The notes beneath the pieces are model-generated. The model was not told the DNA's origin and did not search any database. It saw nothing but the letters and a program-made list of their open reading frames with translations. Shown in pieces: positions 50,659 to 62,296 of a stretch of DNA of 64,000 nucleotides. Position 1 is the stretch's first letter; each line of letters opens with the position of its first letter. The position numbers and the translations under genes were made by a program. The stretch comes from Thermodesulfobacteriota bacterium (GTDB taxonomy: Bacteria; Desulfobacterota_D; UBA1144; Nemesobacterales; UBA2774). The stretch lies in the NCBI GenBank assembly GCA_965223335.1, contig OZ244991.1:1984001-2048000 (forward strand). Direction: 5' to 3'.

Positions 50659-53375
50659 CGTCTCATAATGAAATCAATCTCTGTTTCGGTCTCGTCCGGG
50701 GTGACTCCGTACTGTTGGTTTACACCGTAGTCTTTAGGGTAGTATAAGTCTTCGTCGATCTCTTCGCCTACTAGCACGGGGCTCTGGCGCAGGGATTCTA
50801 AAACATTAGTCCTTAAGCTCTCGGTGCTGTAAGGGATGTTGCCATAGGGAGTGCTTACGATTTTTACCCCGCTTGGTTTTTTAAATGTCCCGCCGGGGTA
50901 TTTGTCGAGGGCGTCTTCCATGTAGTCGATCCAAATAGGTAATGCGGCCCTGGACCCGGCTTCTTTTCTGCCCAGCGGTTTGTGATCGTCCCTGCCTATC
51001 CATACCGCTGTGGTGATCTTGGGGCTATAGCCCACAAACCATGCGTCGGTGTAGTCGTTGGTGGTGCCGGTTTTTCCTGCGAGCGGTGCCTTGGACAATA
51101 ACTTCTGTGCCCTGGCACCTGTGCCCTCTGTGATTACGGCTTGCAGCAGGTCGGTCATTATATAAGCGGTTTCGGGGTTGACCTTGTGTTTGTCTTTCTT
51201 TTGGAATGACTTGTGCTCGACTGAATCGGATTTTAGTAGTGCTAAGAACTCTTGGGCATTTAGATACGATTCGTCATTAGCTTCGTTGTTCTCCGTAAAT
51301 TCATCACCTGTGATCTCGCCCTCTTTGAGAAAGTCCTCATTACTCTCTTTCTTTTTAGTGAGTTTCTGGCCTTTCTTGGCTGCCAGCTGCTCGATGATAC
51401 GGAGCCTTTCTTCTTGTCGCTGGGATTTGAGTGCCTCTTCTATAGATACGAATTTTCCGCCTGTGTTGTCTTCTATGATCTTGCCGTCCCTATCATAGAT
51501 ACGCATTATGAATGTGGGTTTTACCAGTTTCCCACCGGTGGCAAAAACGTTATAGGCTGTTACCATCTCGAACATTTTGACGTCTGAGCCACCGAGTGCG
51601 AGTGATGGATAGGGGTTTAAGCGCGATTGATAGCCGAAATTGGCTGCGTATTTAGCTGCGTATTTGGGGCCTATGTCCTGAATCATACGCACACTTGCGA
51701 GGTTGCGTGATTTGGCAAGTGCTTTGCGCAGGAGCATTGCCCCCTGGTAGTTGCCGTCGTAGTTGCTCGGGCTCCAGTCTTTGATCGTAAGCGGGATGTC
51801 GTATACAACAGATGTTTGTGTGTAGCCTTTGTCGAGGGCTGCGGAGTAGACTATGGGCTTAAACGCCGAGCCGGGTTGTCTTAGTGCCTGGGTGGCTCTA
51901 TTGAACTGGGATGTTTTGTAGTCGTAGCCTCCCACGAGCGCTTTCACATGACCGTTTGTATCCATAGACATTAGTGCACCTTGGGTCTTGGGGCTATAAG
52001 CCAGTGTGAATACGTCGTCGCCCCCGCGGTTTTTACCACGGTACTTAACCTCTATGATGTCGCCGACACTTAAGTCGCGGGGTAAGAGGTCTATGCCTTT
52101 GTAGCCGTTTGAGGGAGCCAGTTTTTTCGATACATCGTTTCTAAGCCCCTCTATGGGGGTGCCGTAGGGAAGGCTCTTTGCGTATGCGAGTGTGGCTTCG
52201 TGCTCGCCGATCTTAATAGTTAAATCGATAATCTCTGCTTTTGTGTCGGGGTCTTCGCGTTTTTTTGCGCCGGTAATAGCAGCTTGGTATGTTTCGTTTA
52301 ATAGTAGACCGTCTACCTTTTGTTTCTTTAGGAATGCGTCTATGTATTTTGGGTCACTCAGCTTCTTGGCTACGATGTGTCGACCGTGGCGGCTCTCGAT
52401 CTCGAGGATGCCGCGTCTAAGTGCCCACTGGGCTTCTAGGTTAAGGTCGATGTCTAATGTCGTGAACACTTTGTAGCCGCCCTTTTGGTAGGCATCGTTA
52501 CCCACGCTGTTTTTTAGGTATTTCCTAACATGCTCGACAAAGTAGGGTGCTATCTTGCCGTTTACCCGTTTTTTTGGAAGGATCTGTACTTGGTACTTTC
52601 TGGCCTCGTTTTTTTGCTTGACCGTGATGTAGCCTTCCTGCTCCATTTTTTCGAGTACCAGGCGCTGACGGGCGATGGCTCGGGGGAAATTTTTGCGAGG
52701 TGAATAATATTCCGGCCTCTTTGGGAGCCCGGCCAGCACTGCAGCCTCGGCAACATTAATATCGCGTGCGGATTTGCCGAAGTAATTTTTACTGGCCTGC
52801 TCGACTCCATATGTACCGTCGGCAAGGTATATGTGATTTAGGTAGAGGAATAGTATCTCTTCTTTGCTAAGGTTGTTCTCGATCCTATGTGCCAGGATGG
52901 CTTCTTTGATTTTACGGGAAACACTCTTTTCGGGTGATAGAATAATGTTTTTAACTACTTGTTGTGTGATGGTGCTGGCACCGCGGACCCAGTCGCCCTC
53001 GCGGATGTTTTCGGCCATGGCACCGAATATGCTCCGCAGATCAACGCCCTCGTGTTCAAAGAACCTTTTGTCCTCAACTGCAATAAAGGCATTCTTCACA
53101 TGCTCGGGGATCTCGTCTTGAGGTATTAGGGAACGCCTCTGTGTCGAGAATTCCCCAATCAATGTACCGTCGGAGGAATAGACCTCTGTAATGACATCGG
53201 GTTTGTAGCCGGTAATATCTGTTAAATCGGGTAAATCCTCGGCATAGTATTTGTAACCCGCGTAGATAAATACCCCAGTTGCTAGTACAAATGCTAGCAC
53301 AAGAAACACGAATATCTTAAACAATACGCTTAGGAATGATCTCTTAGCGGGCTTTACGACTTTATTATTTTCCAT
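50655..53375 (-). CDS. mrcA: Penicillin-binding protein 1A
   Basis: Glycosyltransferase motifs EDKRF, GASTITQQ, RKIKE; transpeptidase motifs SAFK, SRN, KTGT. Confidence 0.93.
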   Translation of the reverse strand: MENNKVVKPAKRSFLSVLFKIFVFLVLAFVLATGVFIYAGYKYYAEDLPDLTDITGYKPDVITEVYSSDGTLIGEFSTQRRSLIPQDEIPEHVKNAFIAVEDKRFFEHEGVDLRSIFGAMAENIREGDWVRGASTITQQVVKNIILSPEKSVSRKIKEAILAHRIENNLSKEEILFLYLNHIYLADGTYGVEQASKNYFGKSARDINVAEAAVLAGLPKRPEYYSPRKNFPRAIARQRLVLEKMEQEGYITVKQKNEARKYQVQILPKKRVNGKIAPYFVEHVRKYLKNSVGNDAYQKGGYKVFTTLDIDLNLEAQWALRRGILEIESRHGRHIVAKKLSDPKYIDAFLKKQKVDGLLLNETYQAAITGAKKREDPDTKAEIIDLTIKIGEHEATLAYAKSLPYGTPIEGLRNDVSKKLAPSNGYKGIDLLPRDLSVGDIIEVKYRGKNRGGDDVFTLAYSPKTQGALMSMDTNGHVKALVGGYDYKTSQFNRATQALRQPGSAFKPIVYSAALDKGYTQTSVVYDIPLTIKDWSPSNYDGNYQGAMLLRKALAKSRNLASVRMIQDIGPKYAAKYAANFGYQSRLNPYPSLALGGSDVKMFEMVTAYNVFATGGKLVKPTFIMRIYDRDGKIIEDNTGGKFVSIEEALKSQRQEERLRIIEQLAAKKGQKLTKKKESNEDFLKEGEITGDEFTENNEANDESYLNAQEFLALLKSDSVEHKSFQKKDKHKVNPETAYIMTDLLQAVITEGTGARAQKLLSKAPLAGKTGTTNDYTDAWFVGYSPKITTAVWIGRDDHKPLGRKEAGSRAALPIWIDYMEDALDKYPGGTFKKPSGVKIVSTPYGNIPYSTESLRTNVLESLRQSPVLVGEEIDEDLYYPKDYGVNQQYGVTPDETETEIDFIMRR

Positions 53376-53501
53376 TTAAGCTATGCTGATGTGGATTTTA
53401 TCCACTACACTTAATATACTTTGTTAACTTTCATTATACCAGAGAGTTCGGCCAGAACATAAAAAATTTTTAAAAACCGGAAAATTTGTTATCATACACT
53501 G

Positions 53502-53711
53502 ATGAACAAAGTAGAGACTGATTCGGCTATTACATTCGATATGTATATACGCACATATCAAGACCAAGAAATAAAGGGGATTCTTTTAAAACTAAAAAAC
53601 GAGATAAGAAAACCCGAAGTCGGTTGGGATGTTGTTCGTGCTTTGCTGGTTGAGGTAAAAGAGAAAAACGAACAGACTTTCATGGAAATATTCCCTCTTA
53701 TACTCGACTGA
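53502..53711 (+). CDS. Small hypothetical protein
   Basis: 69-aa ORF with an extended -10 (TGtTATCAT) 6 nt before the ATG. Confidence 0.55.
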   Translation: MNKVETDSAITFDMYIRTYQDQEIKGILLKLKNEIRKPEVGWDVVRALLVEVKEKNEQTFMEIFPLILD

Positions 53712-53807
53712 TATAATTGAATAATGTTGCTTGTCGGTTGAAATATTGAACCAAGCATCTAAACTCTATCTTTCCTAAATCTAAAAGAGTCAAATTACTT
53801 TTTTCCA

Positions 53808-54758
53808 ATGTTAATTGATACGAAAGAGCCCGTAGACAGCATTCTTGAATTAATCGGAGACACACCTGTGGTGAGGCTAAACAGTGTGGTCCCCGACACT
53901 GATGCCGATGTGTGGGCAAAGCTCGAGAACCTAAACCCGGCTGGAAGTATTAAGGAGCGCATATGCCTTAGGATGATCGAGGTTGCCGAGGAAAAGGGGC
54001 TTATTGAGCCCGGTAAATCCGTAATAGTCGAGCCGACGAGTGGTAACACAGGCATTGGGCTTGCACTCGTCTGTGCATATAAGGGTTACAAACTAATAGT
54101 TACGATGCCTGAAAACATGAGCATTGAACGCAGGCAAACACTTTCCGCTTATGGGGCCGAGATAGTGCTTACCCCTGCGAAAGAGTATATGCCGGGGGCG
54201 ATAAAAAGAGCAGCTCAGATTGCAGAGGATACTCCAAATTCCTTTATGCCCCAGCAGTTCGCTAATCCGGAGAACCCGCATGCTCATGAATTGACCACCG
54301 GAAAGGAGATCTTGGAGCAGGTTGAGGGCCCTATCGACGCCTATGTAGTGGGTGTGGGTACAGGGGGGACGATCACAGGCGCCGGAGAGGTGTTGCGCAA
54401 GGAGTATCCGGGGATTGAGATTGTGGCTGTGGAGCCCAGTGAATCGGCTGTTTTATCGGGGCAGAACCCGCATCTTCATGGGATTCAGGGCATAGGACCC
54501 GGATTTGTTCCCAAGGTGCTTGATACCTCCATATTTGACCGTATAATAACTGTATCGGTTGAACAGGCAAGGAATTTTGTTCGCGAACTGGCACTTAAAG
54601 AAGGGATATTAGTAGGCATTTCTTCGGGTGCGATAGGCTACGCAGCAACCCAAGTGGCACATGAATTAGGAGAAGGCAAGCAGGTAGTTACTATATTTTG
54701 CGATACAGGGGAACGATATCTGAGCACCGGTTTATTCGGCAAGGGGCAAAACACCTAG
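53808..54758 (+). CDS. cysK: Cysteine synthase A
   Basis: [27 protein letters not shown]. Confidence 0.95.
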   Translation: MLIDTKEPVDSILELIGDTPVVRLNSVVPDTDADVWAKLENLNPAGSIKERICLRMIEVAEEKGLIEPGKSVIVEPTSGNTGIGLALVCAYKGYKLIVTMPENMSIERRQTLSAYGAEIVLTPAKEYMPGAIKRAAQIAEDTPNSFMPQQFANPENPHAHELTTGKEILEQVEGPIDAYVVGVGTGGTITGAGEVLRKEYPGIEIVAVEPSESAVLSGQNPHLHGIQGIGPGFVPKVLDTSIFDRIITVSVEQARNFVRELALKEGILVGISSGAIGYAATQVAHELGEGKQVVTIFCDTGERYLSTGLFGKGQNT

Positions 54759-54883
54759 AATCTGTGATTTATCCTTTTATCAATAGGGGTTTCGATCCCA
54801 ATTATGTTGAAAACATCACACATGTATGATATCATTTTATAGATATCTGTGTGCGTTAAACTCCATTTAAACAAGGTAATATA

Positions 54884-56776
54884 GTGAGCAGTCAACTTCT
54901 TAAAAACTTGGTATTATGGGCGGTAATATTTGTTGCTATTATAGCTCTTTACCAGCTTGTAAACACACCTAGTACCAGTGTTGCGGAGATACCGTACAGC
55001 GAGTTCTTAGAACGCGTAGAGGACGGGGACGTAAAGAAGGTGGAATTCAAGGGTGAGGAGATAAAGGGCGAGTTTACAAATGCTATCGAGGGTCAGAAAG
55101 ACGGTAGTTTTAAAACCATAGGCCCCGCTAACGAAGAACTAATTAAATCACTTGAATCAAACGGAGTAGAGTTTAATTTTGCAGCGAGCACCGATAGCTC
55201 GCTCACACATCTGCTGTTTAATTGGGCCCCCCTTATTCTACTCATAGTCATTATGGTCATATTTATGCGCCAGCTCCAGGCCGGTGGCACAAAGGCAATG
55301 TCGTTTGGGAAAAACCGCGCGCGTATGTTGTCTGAGAACCAAAACAAGATCACTTTTAAGGATGTTGCGGGCATAGACGAGGCAAAAGAAGAGGTACAGG
55401 AGATAGTCGAATTCTTAAAGAATCCTAAAAAGTTTACAAAGCTCGGCGGCCGCATACCAAAGGGAATACTGTTGGTTGGACCACCGGGTACGGGTAAAAC
55501 ACTGTTAGCGAAGGCGATAGCCGGGGAAGCGGGTGTCCCGTTCTTTATCATTAGCGGCAGTGATTTTGTAGAGATGTTTGTGGGTGTGGGAGCATCAAGG
55601 GTAAGAGACCTGTTTGTACAGGCCAAGCGACATGCTCCATGCATCATATTTGTAGATGAACTGGACGCTGTCGGCAGACACAGGGGTGCTGGGCTTGGCG
55701 GCGGACATGATGAGAGGGAACAGACACTTAACCAGCTGCTTGTGGAGATGGACGGTTTTGAGTCGAACGAGGGGATCATAGTGATGGCCGCAACGAACAG
55801 GCCTGATGTACTTGACCCCGCATTGCTTCGTCCCGGAAGGTTTGACCGCCAGGTCGTAGTACCTCGCCCGGACGTCAGGGGTCGCGAAGAGATACTCAAG
55901 GTCCACTCTAAGAACACACCCATGGAAGAGGATGTGGAGCTATCGGTCATAGCCAGATCCACACCCGGGTTCTCAGGAGCAGATCTCGAGAACCTGGTAA
56001 ATGAATCTGCGCTCCACGCTGCCAGGTTTGGCAGGGCTAAGATATCTATGGATGACTTTGAGTATGCAAAGGACAAGGTCATCATGGGTGTGGAGAGAAA
56101 GAGCCTCATCATAAGCGATAAGGAACGCAAGATTACTGCGTACCACGAGGCGGGCCATGCGCTTGTGGCCAAACTCACTCCCGGTACGGACCCCATTCAC
56201 AAGGTGACTATAGTGCCGCGCGGTATGGCGCTGGGTGTGACACAGCAGCTGCCTATAGAGGATAAATACACTCTGTCCCGTTCTAGCTTAAACGCAACGA
56301 TTATGGTTCTTTTAGGTGGTAGAGCGGCGGAAGAGATTATCTTTAACGAGAGGACCAGCGGGGCCGGCAACGACCTAGAGCGTGTCACAGAGCTTGCACG
56401 CAAGATGGTATGCGAGTGGGGAATGAGTGAGAAAGTTGGTCCCATTACCTTTGGTAAGGGTGATGAGCAGATATTTTTGGGTAAAGAGATCTCACGCCCC
56501 AAAGACTATAGCGAAGAAACGGCGCTTGATATAGACAGCGAGATCAAGAGGATCATTAACGACAACTACACAAAAGCAAAGACATCACTGGAAGACAACA
56601 TCGAGCTGCTGCACAAAGTTGCCGATGTGTTGTTGGACAAAGAAGTTATAGACGGTAAGGAATTGGAACAGATAGTAAAGAGTTATCAGAACCCTGAGGA
56701 TTCTTCTTGGGAAAGCCCTCTTAGTGTGAAGGAATCGGTTGCCCTTAGGAATAATAACGATATTAAGTGTACATAG
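54884..56776 (+). CDS. ftsH: ATP-dependent zinc metalloprotease FtsH
   Basis: Two [21 protein letters not shown]. Confidence 0.98.
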   Translation: MSSQLLKNLVLWAVIFVAIIALYQLVNTPSTSVAEIPYSEFLERVEDGDVKKVEFKGEEIKGEFTNAIEGQKDGSFKTIGPANEELIKSLESNGVEFNFAASTDSSLTHLLFNWAPLILLIVIMVIFMRQLQAGGTKAMSFGKNRARMLSENQNKITFKDVAGIDEAKEEVQEIVEFLKNPKKFTKLGGRIPKGILLVGPPGTGKTLLAKAIAGEAGVPFFIISGSDFVEMFVGVGASRVRDLFVQAKRHAPCIIFVDELDAVGRHRGAGLGGGHDEREQTLNQLLVEMDGFESNEGIIVMAATNRPDVLDPALLRPGRFDRQVVVPRPDVRGREEILKVHSKNTPMEEDVELSVIARSTPGFSGADLENLVNESALHAARFGRAKISMDDFEYAKDKVIMGVERKSLIISDKERKITAYHEAGHALVAKLTPGTDPIHKVTIVPRGMALGVTQQLPIEDKYTLSRSSLNATIMVLLGGRAAEEIIFNERTSGAGNDLERVTELARKMVCEWGMSEKVGPITFGKGDEQIFLGKEISRPKDYSEETALDIDSEIKRIINDNYTKAKTSLEDNIELLHKVADVLLDKEVIDGKELEQIVKSYQNPEDSSWESPLSVKESVALRNNNDIKCT

Positions 56777-56889
56777 TACATATGGGCAATACTCATAGAG
56801 TTTTATATACCGAGTTAATAAGTAAGTAAAGTAAGATAGAGTAAGAATATTTTAGTCTAACTCGTACGTATTATTGTATATTGGGCAGC

Positions 56890-57813
56890 ATGGCCGATCA
56901 TATAACTCTAGACAATATTAAAGACCATACTATTTCGGACACCACTGCTTTAACGTCACCAAAAACAATACGAAAAGAATTCATCTGCGGATCTAAGTCT
57001 TTTGACCTCGGACTGCGTACCTATATTATGGGCGTGCTCAACATTACACCCGACTCGTTTTACGACGGGGGTCAATACCTGGATCCGGGTGCTGCTCTAA
57101 GACGTGTGGCGCAGATGGTGGAGGAAGGTGCCGATGTTGTAGACGTCGGGGGCGAATCTACGAGGCCGGGCTCACAGGGGGTTTCGCTTGATGAGGAGTT
57201 AGGGCGTGTCATCCCGGTAATAGATGCCATCATAAAAGAGTTTGACATCGCGGTGTCTGTAGATACCACTAAATCCCAAGTAGCCAAAGCGGCATTGGAT
57301 GCGGGTGCCTCCATTGTAAACGATATCGGGGGGCTTAGGTTTGACCCCGAGATTGCAAGGGTTGTTGCCGCAAGTGATGCGGGCCTTGTAGTTATGCATA
57401 CCCCGTCGAGGCCACACGATATGCAGGAAAACACCGAGTACCACTCTCTACTGCAAGATGTTATAGATGCTCTGCGCAACTCAGTTGATGTTGCAAAGTC
57501 CCGGGGGGTTAGGCCCGAGAGCATAGTTGTTGATCCGGGTTTCGGGTTTGGTAAAACCACGGCACAGAACCTGTTGCTTCTTAAGAGTCTTAGCAGTTTT
57601 TCTGTATTGAATAAGCCCGTGCTCATCGGTACTTCTAACAAGAGCTTTATAGGAGATGTGCTTGAGATGGGTGTGGAGGAGAGACTCGAGGGTACTGCTG
57701 CGACTGTAGCGCTGGGTGTCTTGGGCGGTGCATCATTTGTGCGTGTCCATGACGTTAAGACTATGAAACGGATTGTGCGTATGGTGGAAGCTGTGTTGGC
57801 CGCGGGGAACTAG
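56890..57813 (+). CDS. folP: Dihydropteroate synthase
   Basis: NITPDSF, GGESTRPG, DPGFGF, RVHDV. Confidence 0.96.
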   Translation: MADHITLDNIKDHTISDTTALTSPKTIRKEFICGSKSFDLGLRTYIMGVLNITPDSFYDGGQYLDPGAALRRVAQMVEEGADVVDVGGESTRPGSQGVSLDEELGRVIPVIDAIIKEFDIAVSVDTTKSQVAKAALDAGASIVNDIGGLRFDPEIARVVAASDAGLVVMHTPSRPHDMQENTEYHSLLQDVIDALRNSVDVAKSRGVRPESIVVDPGFGFGKTTAQNLLLLKSLSSFSVLNKPVLIGTSNKSFIGDVLEMGVEERLEGTAATVALGVLGGASFVRVHDVKTMKRIVRMVEAVLAAGN

Positions 57814-57855
57814 ATAGCTGTATTTTAAAATGTAGTGTAGGAGCTCTAAAATAGA

Positions 57856-58677
57856 ATGTTTGACGCAATTTTAAACTTTAGATATATATGGGATACACTG
57901 GATATACTGCTTGTAGCAGTTGTGCTCTACTACATTTTGACAATCATTGAGGGCACACGAGCTGTGCAGGTGCTCTTGGGTTTGTTGCTGTTGCTATTGC
58001 TCTATTTCTTTTCCCAAAGGGGTCTTTATACGCTTAACTGGATACTGGGGCAGTTCCTGGGGTCGATCATAATAATTGCGGTGATCCTTTTTCAAAGTGA
58101 TATAAGGCGCGCGTTGGCGGCTATTGGGCGAAGGCCCTTTCTGTTGAAGATTCAGATGGGAAGAGCACAGCAGCAGTACGTCGAAGAGGTCGTGAAAGCT
58201 GTGAGCTACCTTGCGAATCGCCAGATTGGGGCCATTATTGCGATCGAAAGGAGTAACAGCCTTGCAGACTTTGTAGAGATTGGTATGAGAGTCGACGCTC
58301 TAGTGTCTAGGGAGCTAATAATAAGCATTTTTAATCCCGCATCGCCTCTCCACGACGGCGGGGTCATCATAGGCAGCGACCGAATTCTTTCCGCAGGTTC
58401 GTTTTTCCCACTCGTTACGGACCCTGATCTGGAAAGGGAACTGGGCACAAGACACCGAGCGGGTATAGGGCTTTCTGCAGAGACAGATGCACTGGTCGTA
58501 ATAGTGTCTGAGGAAACAGGCACAATCTCTCTTGCAGTGGGTGGTGATATCACAAGGTCACTCGATGCGACAACACTTAGAAACCTGCTTTTGGATGAGC
58601 TGGGAATGAAGAAATCGAAACCGGAGACCCAGGCCATTATAAGCGAGAAGACTCTTCAGCAAGAGGAGACAGATTAA
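57856..58677 (+). CDS. cdaA: Diadenylate cyclase CdaA/DacA
   Basis: Three TM, SPLHDG, GTRHRA, VSEETG. Confidence 0.94.
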   Translation: MFDAILNFRYIWDTLDILLVAVVLYYILTIIEGTRAVQVLLGLLLLLLLYFFSQRGLYTLNWILGQFLGSIIIIAVILFQSDIRRALAAIGRRPFLLKIQMGRAQQQYVEEVVKAVSYLANRQIGAIIAIERSNSLADFVEIGMRVDALVSRELIISIFNPASPLHDGGVIIGSDRILSAGSFFPLVTDPDLERELGTRHRAGIGLSAETDALVVIVSEETGTISLAVGGDITRSLDATTLRNLLLDELGMKKSKPETQAIISEKTLQQEETD

Positions 58678-58698
58678 TAAAACTATCGAGAGAGCACA

Positions 58699-59679
58699 AT
58701 GGTTGACTGGCTGCGTAAATCAAACAACCCAAATCAATCCGGGGGAGATCAATCAAACCCCTTGGTAAAAAACATCGGGAAAAAGGTCCTTGCCCTTTTT
58801 ATAGCCATAGCATTTTGGCTGGCAGCAAACGTGCAGGGCGATGTGGAGCGAAACCTTACAATCGATATAGACTACTCAAACCTCCCTCGGGGTCTAGTTG
58901 TAGTAAACCGCCCTCCTGAGAAGCTTAATCTGCGTGTGCGCGGACCCCGGAGCCAGCTCTCATCGGTCTCGTCGCAAAACATATTCTTCACCATTGATCT
59001 TGCGAATGTGACGGAGGGGATGTCTAAATTCGAGATCCAGACCGACCAGATAAACCTGCCCGGGGATGTACAGGTGACGGGGCTTAGCCCGGCCGAGATA
59101 AAGGTGGATGTAGATAAACTGAGACAGAAAGAAGTGCCGATAAAAGTCGTGTTTGACCCTCCCGAGGTCGGATTCGAGATATTGGGGAAACCTGAGGTAG
59201 TACCAAATAAAGTAAGGATCGAGGGGCCTGAGGACACGATTAAGAGAGTAAATTCGATCTCTACAGACGTTGTGTCCTCAAAGAGGGAGAAATCGACGTT
59301 TACTATGGAGATACCGCTTAAGGTGCCCTACCCTGATGTTGAACTGGTGGACACTGAAACCGCCAAAGTGACGATCGATATTAAAGAGAAAACACTTGAG
59401 AAAGAGTTTAAGGACCTAAACATTAATTTTGTGAATTTCAATGAGCTAGATTTTGAAACAAAAAGCAGTGTCGAGGGTGAACTTTCGTTTGAAGGGCCTT
59501 ATAATATTATAAGCAAACTAAACAGCGAAGATATAAAGCTGGTTGTGGATGGTAAAAAGATAAAAGACGGTAAGACCAGCAAGGTGCACACGCTGGATGT
59601 AAACGTGAGCTACCCTCATAAAGATATGCTTAAGCTAAAACATCAGTATCCAAAGACCGTAGAGATTAAACTAAACTAG
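58699..59679 (+). CDS. cdaR: CdaR/YbbR-domain protein
   Basis: TM followed by repeated V.V.GP YbbR-like units; lies between cdaA and glmM. Confidence 0.85.
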   Translation: MVDWLRKSNNPNQSGGDQSNPLVKNIGKKVLALFIAIAFWLAANVQGDVERNLTIDIDYSNLPRGLVVVNRPPEKLNLRVRGPRSQLSSVSSQNIFFTIDLANVTEGMSKFEIQTDQINLPGDVQVTGLSPAEIKVDVDKLRQKEVPIKVVFDPPEVGFEILGKPEVVPNKVRIEGPEDTIKRVNSISTDVVSSKREKSTFTMEIPLKVPYPDVELVDTETAKVTIDIKEKTLEKEFKDLNINFVNFNELDFETKSSVEGELSFEGPYNIISKLNSEDIKLVVDGKKIKDGKTSKVHTLDVNVSYPHKDMLKLKHQYPKTVEIKLN

Positions 59680-59697
59680 AATCGGGAACACGCACAA

Positions 59698-61068
59698 TTG
59701 CAGCAGAAAATAAAACGCCTATTTGGTACAGACGGTATAAGGGGTATTGCTAATAACTACCCTATGACACCCGAGCTTACTACAAAGCTCGGAAAAGCCC
59801 TTACATATACTCTGCAGAAGGAAAAGAGCGACAGGTCGAGGCTTAAGATCGTAATTGGCAAAGATACCAGGCTCTCGGGCTATATGTTTGAGCAGGCGCT
59901 GGCTGCGGGTATAGGATCTATGGGTGCCGATGTGCTGTTGGTGGGTCCTTTGCCGACACCTGCCATAGCATTTATAACATCGAGCATGAGGGCAGATGCA
60001 GGTGTTGTGATATCTGCATCGCATAACCCTTATAACGATAACGGTATAAAAATATTTGATAACGAGGGCTTTAAACTCCCCGATGCCAAAGAGATCGAGA
60101 TCGAGGAGATAATTGCCTCGGATACCACAGATGAGTTTGGGGCAGAGCCCGAGGATATTGGGAAGGCCTATAGGGTTGAGGACGCGCAGGGACGGTATGT
60201 TGTGTTTGCTAAAAACTCGTTCTCGCGCGAAATGACGCTAGACGGCTTTAGGATTGTGCTTGACTGTGCTAACGGTGCTGCATACAGGGTTGCCCCCACG
60301 GTCTTTAGTGAACTGGGTGCGGAGGTCGTAGCAATAGGTACGACACCTGACGGAAAAAACATAAATCAGGACTGCGGCTCGCTTAACCCCGAGTTGATGA
60401 AGCAACGGGTGTTGGCTGAGAAAGCCGACCTTGGCATTGCCCTTGACGGGGATGCGGACAGGGTAATATTTTGTGACGAGAACGGTAATGAGGTAGACGG
60501 TGACAAGATCATAGCGATTTGTGCGGAGGAGATGATTGCCACTGCTACGCTTAGGGGCCCTGTGGTGACCACAGAGATGAGCAACGTAGCGCTTGAGAAC
60601 TTTATTGCCAAAAAGGGTGTCGAGTTTGTAAGAACGAGTGTGGGAGACAGGTATGTTGTGGAGGAGATGAGGAAACGCGGCAGCAACCTTGGCGGAGAGA
60701 AATCGGGACATATAATATTCCTCGACCATACCACAACAGGTGACGGCACACTTGCAGCACTCCAGGTGCTTGCAATAATGAAGAAAAAGGATAAAAAACT
60801 ATCGGAACTCGCCCAGATAATTGACCTATACCCCCAGATCCTTTTAAACGTTAATGTGAAGGAGAAAAGGGACTTCGGAAACATTGGCGGCTTGAGTGAT
60901 TTGCTGGTATCATCCGAACACAAGCTTGAGGGCAACGGCAGGATAAACCTGCGTTACTCGGGTACCGAGCCCATCTCTAGGGTGATGGTAGAGGGTGAGA
61001 ACGACGACCTGATTACAGAGATTGCAGAGGATATTGCAGGATTAATACAAAGAGAGATCGGAGCATAG
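59698..61068 (+). CDS. glmM: Phosphoglucosamine mutase
   Basis: FGTDGIRG, SASHNP, DGDADR, RYSGTEP. Confidence 0.97.
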   Translation: MQQKIKRLFGTDGIRGIANNYPMTPELTTKLGKALTYTLQKEKSDRSRLKIVIGKDTRLSGYMFEQALAAGIGSMGADVLLVGPLPTPAIAFITSSMRADAGVVISASHNPYNDNGIKIFDNEGFKLPDAKEIEIEEIIASDTTDEFGAEPEDIGKAYRVEDAQGRYVVFAKNSFSREMTLDGFRIVLDCANGAAYRVAPTVFSELGAEVVAIGTTPDGKNINQDCGSLNPELMKQRVLAEKADLGIALDGDADRVIFCDENGNEVDGDKIIAICAEEMIATATLRGPVVTTEMSNVALENFIAKKGVEFVRTSVGDRYVVEEMRKRGSNLGGEKSGHIIFLDHTTTGDGTLAALQVLAIMKKKDKKLSELAQIIDLYPQILLNVNVKEKRDFGNIGGLSDLLVSSEHKLEGNGRINLRYSGTEPISRVMVEGENDDLITEIAEDIAGLIQREIGA

Positions 61069-61071
61069 CAT

Positions 61072-61797
61072 TTGCCTAGATTGTGTGTCAATGTAGATCA
61101 TGTGGCGACTATACGGCAGGCTCGTGGTATAGATGAGCCCGACCCTGTGGGGGCCGCGTACTTAGCTGAGCTCGCAGGTGCCGAGGGCATCGTAGTGCAC
61201 TTGCGTGAGGACCGCCGCCACATCCAGGACAGGGATGTACGGATCTTGCGGGATACGGTTAAGACTAAACTTAACCTCGAGATGGCGGCGACGAAAGAGA
61301 TGGTAAAGATCGCTAAGGATATAGCCCCCGATATGGTAACGCTTGTGCCTGAGAAGCGTGAAGAGCTGACCACAGAGGGTGGACTTGATGTGTTTGGTAA
61401 TATGGAGCGTATTAAACAGGTAACAGAGGATTTATTTACTAAAGGTATACCAGTCAGCCTTTTTATCGATCCTGATGAAAAGCAAGTTGATGCCTCAGTT
61501 GAGGTTGGTGTAGAGATGGTTGAGATACATACGGGTACATATGCGGAGGCAGGTTCAGAAAAAGCCAAGAATTTCGAGCTTAAAAAAATTGAGAGTGCTG
61601 TGAAGCATGCTTATGGTAGCGGGCTCCGTGTGGGGGCCGGGCATGGCCTCGACTATTTTGATACCCCGGCGGTGGCAAAGATCGAGCATATAGAGGAACT
61701 AAACATAGGGCACGGGATTATTTCGCGGGCTGTTCTAGTTGGTATGGAGACGGCTGTTAGAGATATGGTTGCTTTATGTAAACAAGACTCAAGATAA
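61072..61797 (+). CDS. pdxJ: Pyridoxine 5'-phosphate synthase
   Basis: [36 protein letters not shown]. Confidence 0.97.
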   Translation: MPRLCVNVDHVATIRQARGIDEPDPVGAAYLAELAGAEGIVVHLREDRRHIQDRDVRILRDTVKTKLNLEMAATKEMVKIAKDIAPDMVTLVPEKREELTTEGGLDVFGNMERIKQVTEDLFTKGIPVSLFIDPDEKQVDASVEVGVEMVEIHTGTYAEAGSEKAKNFELKKIESAVKHAYGSGLRVGAGHGLDYFDTPAVAKIEHIEELNIGHGIISRAVLVGMETAVRDMVALCKQDSR

Positions 61798-62268
61798 TTT
61801 GCTCGAATCCCTACACTTTTCACATTTCCCATAAATCTCTAACCTGTGGTTGGTAACGTCAAAGTTATTTAGCTTTGCGATCTGTTTTAGGCAGTTTTCA
61901 ATCTGAATATTTGCAAATTCTATAATAGTGCCACAGTTATTGCAAATGATATGATGATGGTGCTCACCCTCAAACTTAATCGGTTCATAGCGGGCTTTAC
62001 CGTCACCGAAGTTCCTCTCTGTGGCTATCCCGCATTCCCTAAACAGCTTCAAAGTCCTGTATACAGTAGCAAATCCGATTGTGGGATGGAGGGTTTTTAT
62101 GTCTTCATAAAGCTCTTCAACTGTTACATGTTTACCTATGTAATCATTGAAGAATTGCTCAAATATTATATCTCTTTGCTTTGTGGATTTGAGCTGTTTC
62201 TTGGATATGAATTCGTTAAAAGCCTGTTTTCTATTTGAGTTAGTTTTTGTTCTTGTTGTGATAGCCAT
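61789..62268 (-). CDS. fur: Ferric uptake regulator family protein
   Basis: [28 protein letters not shown] at 62268. Confidence 0.92.
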   Translation of the reverse strand: MAITTRTKTNSNRKQAFNEFISKKQLKSTKQRDIIFEQFFNDYIGKHVTVEELYEDIKTLHPTIGFATVYRTLKLFRECGIATERNFGDGKARYEPIKFEGEHHHHIICNNCGTIIEFANIQIENCLKQIAKLNNFDVTNHRLEIYGKCEKCRDSSKLS

Positions 62269-62277
62269 GGCATTTGC

Positions 62278-62296
62278 GATAATGAATATTATTATC
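62278..62296. promoter_or_regulatory. Fur box
   Basis: GATAATGAATATTATTATC matches GATAATGATAATCATTATC at 16/19 positions, just upstream of the fur start. Confidence 0.8.

Noticed and set aside
51180..51470. Charged insertion in the PBP1A transpeptidase domain as an intein
   Set aside because: No intein splice motifs; variable insertions at this position are common in PBP1A.
56817..56847. AGTA/AAGT short tandem run between ftsH and folP
   Set aside because: Short low-complexity tract with no evidence of function.
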